From an uncultured Alphaproteobacteria bacterium (GTDB lineage: Bacteria; Pseudomonadota; Alphaproteobacteria; ATCC43930; CGMCC-115725), in the NCBI GenBank assembly GCA_963762435.1, contig CAVXLN010000011.1:50-64049 (forward strand): 64,000 nt of DNA, written 5' to 3'. A program made the position numbers and the translations under genes. The notes beneath the pieces are model-generated. The model worked only from the letters and a program-made list of their open reading frames with translations. It ran no database searches and had not been told where the DNA came from. Below are positions 57,027-64,000 of the stretch, in pieces. Each line of letters begins with the position of its first letter. The first letter of the stretch is position 1.

Positions 57027-57476
57027 ATGGCGACGATCGGCGATTTTTGGCGCTTCACGCTCGAAACCTATGAAAAACCCGGGGTTTCGCCACAACTCAT
57101 CCAGCTGCAGGACGAGGCCGGCCGGGATGTCAATATCCTGCTCTGCTGCCTTTATGCGGGCCTTCGGTTGGGCCTGAGCCTCGGGCCCGGCGAGCTGGAG
57201 GCGCTGGCGGCCGCGGTCGAGCCTTGGAACAGCTTGGTCACGCAAAAGCTGCGCGCCGTGCGCCGCGACCTGAAGCCGCTCGCCGCCGATCCGGCCGTGG
57301 CCGAGCTGCGTCGCGCCGTGCAGGCGACCGAGCTTGAGGCCGAGCGGCTGGCCCAGGCCCGGCTCGAGGCGGCGCTGCCGGCAGGGCCGATCGAGAAAGC
57401 GAGTGCCGAGCTCGCGCGCGCCAATCTCATCGCATATGCCGGCGAGGCCGGTGCCAAGCTGGTCGATCTGCTCTAA
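57027..57476 (+). CDS. TIGR02444/DUF2390 family protein
   Basis: FWRFTLETYEKPGVSPQLIQLQDEAGRDVNILLCCLY signature. Confidence 0.8.
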   Translation: MATIGDFWRFTLETYEKPGVSPQLIQLQDEAGRDVNILLCCLYAGLRLGLSLGPGELEALAAAVEPWNSLVTQKLRAVRRDLKPLAADPAVAELRRAVQATELEAERLAQARLEAALPAGPIEKASAELARANLIAYAGEAGAKLVDLL

Positions 57477-58060
57477 TCAGGCCGACGGCGCTCCGCCTCG
57501 CCCCAGCGCCGGACGATGCCGGCCTCGATGTCGAAGAGATCGAGCACGCGGCCGAGCGTGTGGTCGATCATCTCCTCGATCGTCGCCGGCTGGCTGTAAA
57601 AGGCCGGCACCGGCGGGGCGATCACCGCACCCATCTCCGAGAGCTGCGTCATCATGCGCAGATGGCCGGTATGGAGCGGCGTCTCGCGCACCATCAGCAC
57701 CAGCCGGCGGCGCTCCTTGAGCGTCACATCGGCGGCGCGGGTCAGAAGGCTCGAGGTCACGCCGGTCGCGATCTCGGCCATGCTGCGGATCGAGCAGGGG
57801 GCGACGATCATGCCGAGCGTCTTGAATGAGCCCGAGGAGATGGCGGCCGCCATGTCGGTCACGCTGTAGGCGCGATCCGCCAGCGCCAGCACCTCCGCGA
57901 CCTTTCGCTGCGTCTCATGGGCCAGCGTCACCTCGGCCGCCCGGGACAGCACCAGATGGCTCTCGACCGGCAAATCCTTCAGCAATTCCAACAGCCTGAT
58001 GCCATAGCGCACGCCCGATGCGCCAGTGATGCCGATGACGAGGCGAGGCGTTCCAGCCAT
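57473..58060 (-). CDS. ubiX: flavin prenyltransferase UbiX
   Basis: LVIGITGASGVRYG, APCSIRSMAEIATG and RRRLVLMVRETPL motifs. Confidence 0.9.
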   Translation of the reverse strand: MAGTPRLVIGITGASGVRYGIRLLELLKDLPVESHLVLSRAAEVTLAHETQRKVAEVLALADRAYSVTDMAAAISSGSFKTLGMIVAPCSIRSMAEIATGVTSSLLTRAADVTLKERRRLVLMVRETPLHTGHLRMMTQLSEMGAVIAPPVPAFYSQPATIEEMIDHTLGRVLDLFDIEAGIVRRWGEAERRRPD

Positions 58061-58174
58061 GGCTCGGGGCTCCCTTCACCCATAAAAAGCGACTCGATGC
58101 CCCTTGGAGCAGGGCGCCGATAGGATTACCGTTTTGTGGCGTAAATCGCACCAACGCTTCTAGGAGGGCGATAG

Positions 58175-58351
58175 ATGGCTGTCGAAGATCGTATCCGTAG
58201 TCTCCGCGACAAACATGCCGACCTCGAGCGCGCGATCCTGAAGGAATCAGCGCGCCCCTTGCCCGACAAGCTTAAGGTGACGGAGTGGAAGCGCGAGAAG
58301 CTGAGGATCAAGGATACGATCGCGGAACTGTCCCGACCAGTATCGGCCTGA
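58175..58351 (+). CDS. DUF465 (YdcH-like) domain protein
   Basis: 58 aa, below the track cutoff. AGGAGGG lies 6 nt before the ATG. Product is MAVEDRIRSLRDKHADLERAILKE...KREKLRIKDTIAEL. Confidence 0.7.
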   Translation: MAVEDRIRSLRDKHADLERAILKESARPLPDKLKVTEWKREKLRIKDTIAELSRPVSA

Positions 58352-58383
58352 TCCGGCCGGGAACAGGATCGCGCGATTGATCA

Positions 58384-58407
58384 GGGCCGCCTCGCGAGAG
58401 GCGGCCC
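58384..58407. terminator. bidirectional GC hairpin GGGCCGCCTC-GCGA-GAGGCGGCCC
   Basis: Perfect 10-bp stem between convergent genes. No T-tract. Confidence 0.5.
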
Positions 58408-58420
58408 AAATCATGTCCGG

Positions 58421-58963
58421 TTAATGGTGGCCGCCGCCCCAACCGCCGCCGCCGGAATGGCCGCCGCCCCAATGTCCGCCGCCGCCGCCCCAATGGCCGC
58501 CACCGAAATGGCCGCCGGCGAAATGGTGGAAGTGGTTGAAATGGTCGAAGCCGAACCCGCCGCCGAAGCCGAAGCCCACGAAGGCCGAATCGTACCAATC
58601 GTACCCGGGATAGCCGCCATAGCCATAGGCATAGGCGGGGTAGGCAGGCGCCTCATAATAATAAGGATAGGGATAGCCGCCGGCCGTCTGCTGCTGTTGT
58701 TCCTGCTCGGCCGCCTGCGGTGGGCCCCAGCTGCCGTCCGGCTGCTGGCAGACCGTCGAGATCCCCGTTTGCGGTGCGCCATCGACGATGATCGACTGCG
58801 TCACATCATGGCAATTCAACCCCGCCTGCTGCGGCGGCGAGCCATACGGCGCCTGGGCATAGGGCGACTGGCCATAGGCCGGGTAGTAGGGCGGCGGGGC
58901 GTAGGCGCAGGCCGAAAGTGCCAGCAGAGCGGCACTGCCGATGAAAGCCGATACGATACGCAT
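58421..58963 (-). CDS. lipoprotein with Tyr/Pro-rich and Gly/His/Trp-rich tail
   Basis: Start trimmed to MRIVSAFIGSAALLALSAC (lipobox), with GAGGA upstream. The C-terminus is GGHFGGGHWGGGGGHWGGGHSGGGGWGGGHH. Confidence 0.75.
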   Translation of the reverse strand: MRIVSAFIGSAALLALSACAYAPPPYYPAYGQSPYAQAPYGSPPQQAGLNCHDVTQSIIVDGAPQTGISTVCQQPDGSWGPPQAAEQEQQQQTAGGYPYPYYYEAPAYPAYAYGYGGYPGYDWYDSAFVGFGFGGGFGFDHFNHFHHFAGGHFGGGHWGGGGGHWGGGHSGGGGWGGGHH

Positions 58964-59044
58964 GACCCTAATCCTCGAATTCAAATATGAGTATATAATA
59001 GATGGCGCCGCCTCGCGTTGCCGAAGCTGCGGCATTGCGCCCCA

Positions 59045-60013
59045 TCAACTACCCTTAATGTCGATGCGCGCCAGCAATCTTTCAAGGATCGCATCCAGCC
59101 GATCGCGGTCGCGGATGGTGAAGCGGCGCGTGCCGGTGGCCGGCAGCCCGTATTCGGCCATGAAGCTGAGGCAGCAGCTCGCGACATAGAGCCAGAAGAT
59201 CTCATCGGCCCGGGCGCCGGCCAGCGCCAGCCAGGCCTCGGCATAGCCCGTCGGCAGCCCGGCATTCAAAAGCGACATGGCGGCCCGTGCCGCGGCATAG
59301 CGCGGATCGCCCCAGCAGAGCCGGTCGACATCGACGATGCCGGAGAAGCTGCCATCCTCGCCGACGATGACATTGTGCGTCGTGGTGTCGGGCAGGAACG
59401 GCACCGAAGGCTGCCGGTCGAGCTGCCCCGCCAGCCTGGCGAAGCGGCGCTCGACCTCGTCGACCGCCGCCTCGTCCATGAGGCCGCCCTGGCGGATCGA
59501 ATCCCGGCTCTGCGCCAGCGATTGGGCGATGACGTCGGACCAGCGGACATAGGGGGCGAGGCCCGGTTCGACGGCATAGCCGAAGCGGCCTTCGCTCGGC
59601 AGGCGTGCCGCCAGCATCTGCAAGGCCGCCACCGTGCCGGCCAGCTGGCCCAGCACCGGCGGCGGCAGCTTGGCGATGATGGTCCTGAGATCGGTACCCC
59701 AGAGCCGTTCGAGAATGAGCGAGGGGAATTCGGAGGCGAGATCGCGCGCCAGGATGGCCGGCAACGGAAAGCCCAAGGGCCGGAGCCGGTCGGACCAGGA
59801 TGCCGCCGCCGCCATCGCATCGCGATGCTCCGGCAGCCCAATGCGCACCACGGCGCGGCGCCCGTCGGTCAGCGTCACGTCATAGACGAAATGGCGGATG
59901 CTGGTCGGGAAGCGCTCGACCGATGCCACGGCGCCGCCCAGCACGGCCTCGACCGTGGCGGCCGCCAGCGTCTCGTCCGGCCCGACCGCGAGATGGCGCC
60001 GTCCCGTCGCCAT
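59045..60013 (-). CDS. aminoglycoside phosphotransferase (APH) family kinase-like protein
   Basis: LPDTTTHN (DxxxxN) and IVDVD motifs. The ATG overlaps the upstream stop (ATGA). Confidence 0.8.
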   Translation of the reverse strand: MATGRRHLAVGPDETLAAATVEAVLGGAVASVERFPTSIRHFVYDVTLTDGRRAVVRIGLPEHRDAMAAAASWSDRLRPLGFPLPAILARDLASEFPSLILERLWGTDLRTIIAKLPPPVLGQLAGTVAALQMLAARLPSEGRFGYAVEPGLAPYVRWSDVIAQSLAQSRDSIRQGGLMDEAAVDEVERRFARLAGQLDRQPSVPFLPDTTTHNVIVGEDGSFSGIVDVDRLCWGDPRYAAARAAMSLLNAGLPTGYAEAWLALAGARADEIFWLYVASCCLSFMAEYGLPATGTRRFTIRDRDRLDAILERLLARIDIKGS

Positions 60014-61650
60014 CAGCCTGGGGTCTCCACCGGCACCGCGAAGCGCTGGCGCAGCACATATTTCTGCACCTTGCCGGTCGAGGTCTTGGGCAGCGCGCCG
60101 AAGATCACCGTCCGCGGCACCTTGAAATGCGCCAGATGCTCGCGGCAGAACGCGATGATCTCGGCCTCGGTCGCCTGAGATCCGTCGCGCAATGTCACGA
60201 AGGCGGCCGGCGTCTCGCCCCATTTCTGGTCGGGTTTGGCGACTACCGCGGCTTCCAGCACGGCGGCATGGCGATAAAGCACGCCCTCGACCTCGATGGT
60301 CGAGATGTTCTCGCCGCCCGAGATGATGATGTCCTTCGACCGGTCCTTGAGCTCGATATAGCCGTCGGGATGCATGACGCCGAGATCGCCGGTATGGAAC
60401 CAGCCGCTGGCGAAAGCGGCTTCCGTCGATCTCGGGTTCTTGAGATAGCCCTTCATCACGACATTGCCGCGCATGAAGACCTCACCCATGGTGGCACCAT
60501 CGGCCGGCACCGGTTCGAGTGTCGTCGGATCGGCCACCATCAGCTCGTCCAGCACGGGATAGCGCACACCCTGCCGCGCCTTGAGCCGCGCCCGCTCGAC
60601 CGGGGCATGGGCATTCCATTCCTGGTGCCAGGCGCAGACGACGGCGGGCCCATAGCATTCGGTCAGGCCATAGACATGAGTGATCTTGACGCCGAGGCGC
60701 TCCATGCCCTCGATCACCGGGGCGGGCGGCGGGGCCGCCGCCGTCATCATCTGCAGTGTGCGGCCGGGCGGCACCAGTGTCTCGCGGCCGGCATTCAGCA
60801 GCATGGTCATGATGATGGGCGCCCCGCAGAAATGCGTCACCCCTTCGGTCTCGATCGCCTTCAGGATGGCTTGGGCTTCGACCTTGCGCAGGCAGACATG
60901 GGTTCCGGCCAGCGCCGTGATGGTCCAGGGAAAGCACCAGCCATTGCAATGGAACATCGGCAGCGTCCAGAGATAGACGGGATGCCCCGCCATGCCCCAG
61001 ACCAGGATATTGCCGGTCGCCGTCAGATAGGCGCCGCGATGGTGATAGACGACACCCTTAGGGTCGCCCGTGGTACCGCTGGTATAATTGAGCGCGATCG
61101 CCTGCCACTCATCCTCGACGGGCCGGCCCGGCTCATCGGGATATCCTGCCGCGATGAAGCTTTCATAATCGATGTCGCCGAGGCACTCGCCGCTCTCGGC
61201 GAGATCATCGTCGATATCGATGACATAGGGGCGGGCGTCACCCAACAGCGCCAGCGCCTTGCCGATCGTGGCTGAGAATTCGCGGTCGGTGATCAGGATC
61301 TTGGCGCCGCCATGCTGCAGCATGAAGGCGATGCTTTCGGCGTCGAGGCGGATATTGAGCGCGTTCAGTACAGCACCCGTCATGGGCACGCCGAAATGCG
61401 CCTCGAACATCTCGGGCACGTTGGGCGCCATGATGGCGACCGCGTCGCCCTTGCCGATGCCGCGCCGCATCAGCGCCGAGGCCAGCTGCCGGCAGCGCGC
61501 CGCCGCCTCTCGCCAGCTATAGCGGCGCGCGCCATGCACGACCGCCAGCCGGTCGGGATAGACCGACGCCGCCCGGTCCAGAAAACCAAGCGGCGTCAGT
61601 GGTTGAAAGTTCGCCGGGTTCCGGTCGAGATCGGTCTCGAATGGGTTCAT
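60013..61650 (-). CDS. AMP-dependent acyl-CoA synthetase/ligase
   Basis: YTSGTTGDPKGV AMP motif, WFHTGDLG and GENIST. The ATG overlaps the upstream stop. Confidence 0.9.
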   Translation of the reverse strand: MNPFETDLDRNPANFQPLTPLGFLDRAASVYPDRLAVVHGARRYSWREAAARCRQLASALMRRGIGKGDAVAIMAPNVPEMFEAHFGVPMTGAVLNALNIRLDAESIAFMLQHGGAKILITDREFSATIGKALALLGDARPYVIDIDDDLAESGECLGDIDYESFIAAGYPDEPGRPVEDEWQAIALNYTSGTTGDPKGVVYHHRGAYLTATGNILVWGMAGHPVYLWTLPMFHCNGWCFPWTITALAGTHVCLRKVEAQAILKAIETEGVTHFCGAPIIMTMLLNAGRETLVPPGRTLQMMTAAAPPPAPVIEGMERLGVKITHVYGLTECYGPAVVCAWHQEWNAHAPVERARLKARQGVRYPVLDELMVADPTTLEPVPADGATMGEVFMRGNVVMKGYLKNPRSTEAAFASGWFHTGDLGVMHPDGYIELKDRSKDIIISGGENISTIEVEGVLYRHAAVLEAAVVAKPDQKWGETPAAFVTLRDGSQATEAEIIAFCREHLAHFKVPRTVIFGALPKTSTGKVQKYVLRQRFAVPVETPG

Positions 61651-62444
61651 GCGGCGGTTCGGGCAGACCTCGCCAGCCGCAGCAGCGCATCGTCCGGCAC
61701 CGGCTTGATCGGCGCGAAATCCTGGTGCGCGATCCAGTCGGGCCGGGTCGGCTTGCGGATATGGTTCGAGACGGCGCACAGCGTCAGATAGACGATGATG
61801 CGGCCATAGGGCGTGATGTTGCCGGCCGAGCCATGGACGAGATTGCCGTGGAACATCAGCACGCCGCCGGGCCTGCCGGTGGGTGCTACGATGCCGCCCT
61901 CCTCGACGAGCCGTGTCACCGTGCCCTGGTCGAGCGTCCAGAGCGGGTAGGAGGTGGTGCTGACATCGTGGCCGGCCGGCAGCGTGCCTGCCTTATGGCT
62001 CTTCGGCACCAGCATCAGCGGGCCGTTGATATGCATGACCTCGTCGAGGAACACGGCGATGTTCATCGCCCGCGGCTCGGGCATGCCGTCGTCGCGCGCC
62101 CAGGTGCCGTAATCCTGGTGCCATTGCCAGACCTCGCCATCGAACGGCGCCTTGGCGTTGATCTTGAACTGGTGCATGTAGAGCGGCTCGCCGAACAGCT
62201 GCTCGACCGGCTCGATCAGGCGCGGATGCGAGCCCAACGTCCCGAACGCCTCGTTATAAGTGTGGGCGGCGAAGGCGGTGCGCGGCACGCCCGACTTCTC
62301 GCGCCAGACTTCCTGGCGATCGGTGCGATAGATCCGGTGCGCCTCGTCGCGCAGCAGCGCCACCTCTTCCTCGGAAAAACAGTCCGGTAGGAACAGATAG
62401 CCTTCTTCGTCGAATTGCTTGAGCTGCTCGGCAGTGAGGCGCAT
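61647..62444 (-). CDS. phytanoyl-CoA dioxygenase (PhyH) family Fe(II)/2OG oxygenase
   Basis: WHQDYG (HxD) and a later HGS His. Start trimmed to MRLTAEQ, which has GGGAG upstream. Confidence 0.85.
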   Translation of the reverse strand: MRLTAEQLKQFDEEGYLFLPDCFSEEEVALLRDEAHRIYRTDRQEVWREKSGVPRTAFAAHTYNEAFGTLGSHPRLIEPVEQLFGEPLYMHQFKINAKAPFDGEVWQWHQDYGTWARDDGMPEPRAMNIAVFLDEVMHINGPLMLVPKSHKAGTLPAGHDVSTTSYPLWTLDQGTVTRLVEEGGIVAPTGRPGGVLMFHGNLVHGSAGNITPYGRIIVYLTLCAVSNHIRKPTRPDWIAHQDFAPIKPVPDDALLRLARSARTAA

Positions 62445-62580
62445 GGCTGACTCCCTAGGCATTGACATTTTTATGAAGTCTAGACCCGGGGCCGGGGGCT
62501 GCCAAGCAACGGCTCGGAAGCGGAGCTTTGCGCGGGACGCTGGATCGGTGTGTGTGTTTCGGTGATGAGGGCATGCCTCG

Positions 62581-62607
62581 CCTCTCCGCGGTTTTGACGC
62601 GGAGAGG
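62581..62607. repeat. REP-like palindrome CCTCTCCGCG-GTTTTGA-CGCGGAGAGG
   Basis: 10-bp perfect stem downstream of paralog B, at a position equivalent to 21268-21294. Confidence 0.6.
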
Positions 62608-62633
62608 TTGGGGGAGGTGGGGCACGCTCGGGA

Positions 62634-63293
62634 TCATCCGTCCGGCGGCGTGTGATAGCGCATGCGGTTCCATTCATAGAGCGGCATGCCCTGACCTCGG
62701 AACGGCTGCGGCTCCAGCTTTGGCGCTGGCCGCGGCGGCTCCGGCGCTTCCCTGCCCTCGTTGATGAACCAGCCCTTGTCCTGCCAGACTGACAGCTCGA
62801 CCGGGATCCCGAGTTCGTCGCAGAGGCCGATGATGACGTCGCCGACCCGGATGGTGAGGAGTTCGTCCTCGATGTCCGGATCCATGAGACGCTCGTGCAG
62901 ATCGGTCAACAGGCTCTCGGGTTCCGACGTGGCCTCGACCATCAGGGCGACATCGCGGGCGACCTGATGCTTCTTGACGCGGAGCCGTGACGTCTCGATC
63001 GCCTGCTCACGCTCCTTGGCATAGCGCTTCTCGGCACTCTTCGCCGTCATATCGGCAAGCTTCTGCTTGAAGGCCAGAGTCTGGCGGATCGAGCGGCTGA
63101 CGCGGGTGAAGGCGAGGCTCAGGCGATCGCTCTCCTCGGAATCGCCGGCAGCCGTCTGGGTCACGATCTGCACCTTGAGCGCAGCCGCGATCTCCATGCC
63201 GTACTCGGCCAATTGCTCGAGGATCTCGCGATCCCGCTCCGTCTCCACCGCTCTCACCTCTCCATTCGATTGATTGGAATGAAACAGGAACAT
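62634..63293 (-). CDS. hypothetical protein, paralog B of inverted pair
   Basis: 219 aa. Residues 92-219 are identical to paralog A except one V/A. About a third of the first 91 residues differ. Confidence 0.75.
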   Translation of the reverse strand: MFLFHSNQSNGEVRAVETERDREILEQLAEYGMEIAAALKVQIVTQTAAGDSEESDRLSLAFTRVSRSIRQTLAFKQKLADMTAKSAEKRYAKEREQAIETSRLRVKKHQVARDVALMVEATSEPESLLTDLHERLMDPDIEDELLTIRVGDVIIGLCDELGIPVELSVWQDKGWFINEGREAPEPPRPAPKLEPQPFRGQGMPLYEWNRMRYHTPPDG

Positions 63294-63331
63294 ATTGCGG
63301 TGGATGCCGTCAAGCGTGCGCAGAAGCGGCT

Positions 63332-63340
63332 TGTGGATAA
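63332..63340 (-). promoter_or_regulatory. perfect DnaA-box consensus TTATCCACA upstream of paralog B
   Basis: Plus strand reads TGTGGATAA. There are 38 nt between the box and the ATG at 63293. Confidence 0.4.
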
Positions 63341-63391
63341 GTCACGCTGCCTCGCCGCCGAGACGGAATTTAGTGCACTGTCACCGAATTA

Positions 63392-64000
63392 TTATGCGGC
63401 GCTCACGGCGAAGCCGGCGCGCGGGAAATGCACGACGATATCGCCTACATCGGGATCATTGCGGCGGATCGCGATCTCATGTGCCGAGGAGGCGACGAGC
63501 TCGCCCACCACCGGATCGCGGCCGGTGTCGTCCGGGGTGACGGCGACCCGTTGCCCCGGGCGGCGCGCGCTCGGATCGGCGGCATCGGTCCGGGTTGCGG
63601 TCTCCGGTGTCGCCGCCTTGGCGATGGCGAGCGCTGCCGCGGCATCGAGCTCGCTGCGAGCGCCATGGCCGATCGCGGCGAGGCGGTCGGCCCAGGCCAG
63701 AACAGAAGGAAATTCGGCCAGCGCTTCCTCGCGCCCGCGGCGCACGAACCAGATCATATGATAAAGGCTGCAATCGATCGCGGTCGGCCGGTCGCCGCCG
63801 AGGAACGGCCGCAAGCCGGAGAGCGTCGATTCGAGCCAGGCGAGCTGGGCGCGAAAACTGTCGCGCAGCATCGGATCGGCGGCCTTCATCCGCGCCGCAT
63901 CGAAATCCCGGCCGGAGAATTTGCTGCGGTCATCGCGAAAGGCCTGCGGCACCTGATCGCCGATCTTGGCGAACAGCACGCCCACCGCGACCCCGAAGAG
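63392..64000 (-). CDS. glutathione S-transferase-like protein (5' end outside window)
   Basis: GST C-terminal-domain-like helices (FLGGDRPTAIDCSLYHMIWF) plus an extra C-terminal domain. The reading frame stays open to the window edge. Confidence 0.6.
   Translation of the reverse strand, partial: LFGVAVGVLFAKIGDQVPQAFRDDRSKFSGRDFDAARMKAADPMLRDSFRAQLAWLESTLSGLRPFLGGDRPTAIDCSLYHMIWFVRRGREEALAEFPSVLAWADRLAAIGHGARSELDAAAALAIAKAATPETATRTDAADPSARRPGQRVAVTPDDTGRDPVVGELVASSAHEIAIRRNDPDVGDIVVHFPRAGFAVSAA

Noticed and set aside
58430-58560. Periodic short repeats (GGCCGCCGCCCCAA-like) that could look like an array
   Set aside because: They are the coding repeats for the GGGHW tail of the lipoprotein, not spacer-separated repeats. 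No CRISPR-like architecture occurs anywhere in the window.
62549-62558. (GT)5 microsatellite
   Set aside because: It is too short to be meaningful, lies in an intergenic region, and has no associated phase-variable gene start.
20582-63293. Reading the inverted-repeat-bounded 41-kb block as a prophage, ICE or composite transposon
   Set aside because: The content is core housekeeping (prfA, hisS, ispG, ptsP, lysC, ubiG, grxC, degP) with host composition. I saw no integrase, recombinase or phage structural genes.

Overview
High-GC chromosomal window, roughly 65-70% GC in the 60-nt lines I hand-counted. Gene content and synteny point to an alphaproteobacterium: DUF1244-dapF-mtaB-ftsY; DUF4167-prmC-prfA-hisS-ispG-RodZ-like-ptsP; lysC/ubiG; phnDCE; grxC-comF-mbfA; degP plus an OmpR/HK pair; ubiX; and a DivL-like kinase homologue with Tyr at the phospho-acceptor position. 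I call about 60 protein genes. I saw no rRNA, tRNA or CRISPR array. Many long ORFs in the track are antisense shadow ORFs typical of high-GC DNA and are rejected. The clearly accessory part is the left ~5 kb: an IS630-family transposase, then an AT-rich 515-aa orphan gene with foreign codon usage and no domain I recognise. After that comes an intermediate-GC block (secreted protein, UrcA-family protein), a LytTR two-component pair, and a STAND NTPase-TPR regulator that has lost its N-terminal wHTH. Other points worth a second look: (1) two diverged inverted copies of a 219-aa unknown ORF bracket ~41 kb of housekeeping genes, each preceded by a perfect TTATCCACA DnaA-box; (2) a frameshifted DUF1178 gene; (3) an Arn-like GT39/methyltransferase/GT2/small-flippase operon; (4) a translationally coupled PhyH-dioxygenase/acyl-CoA-synthetase/APH-kinase operon; (5) a dispersed CCTCTCC...GGAGAGG palindromic repeat family; (6) an orphan minus-strand intrinsic terminator inside a 400-bp AT-rich intergenic region. 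I cannot assign a function to the orphan gene or to the paralog pair. Both need structure and homology searches.
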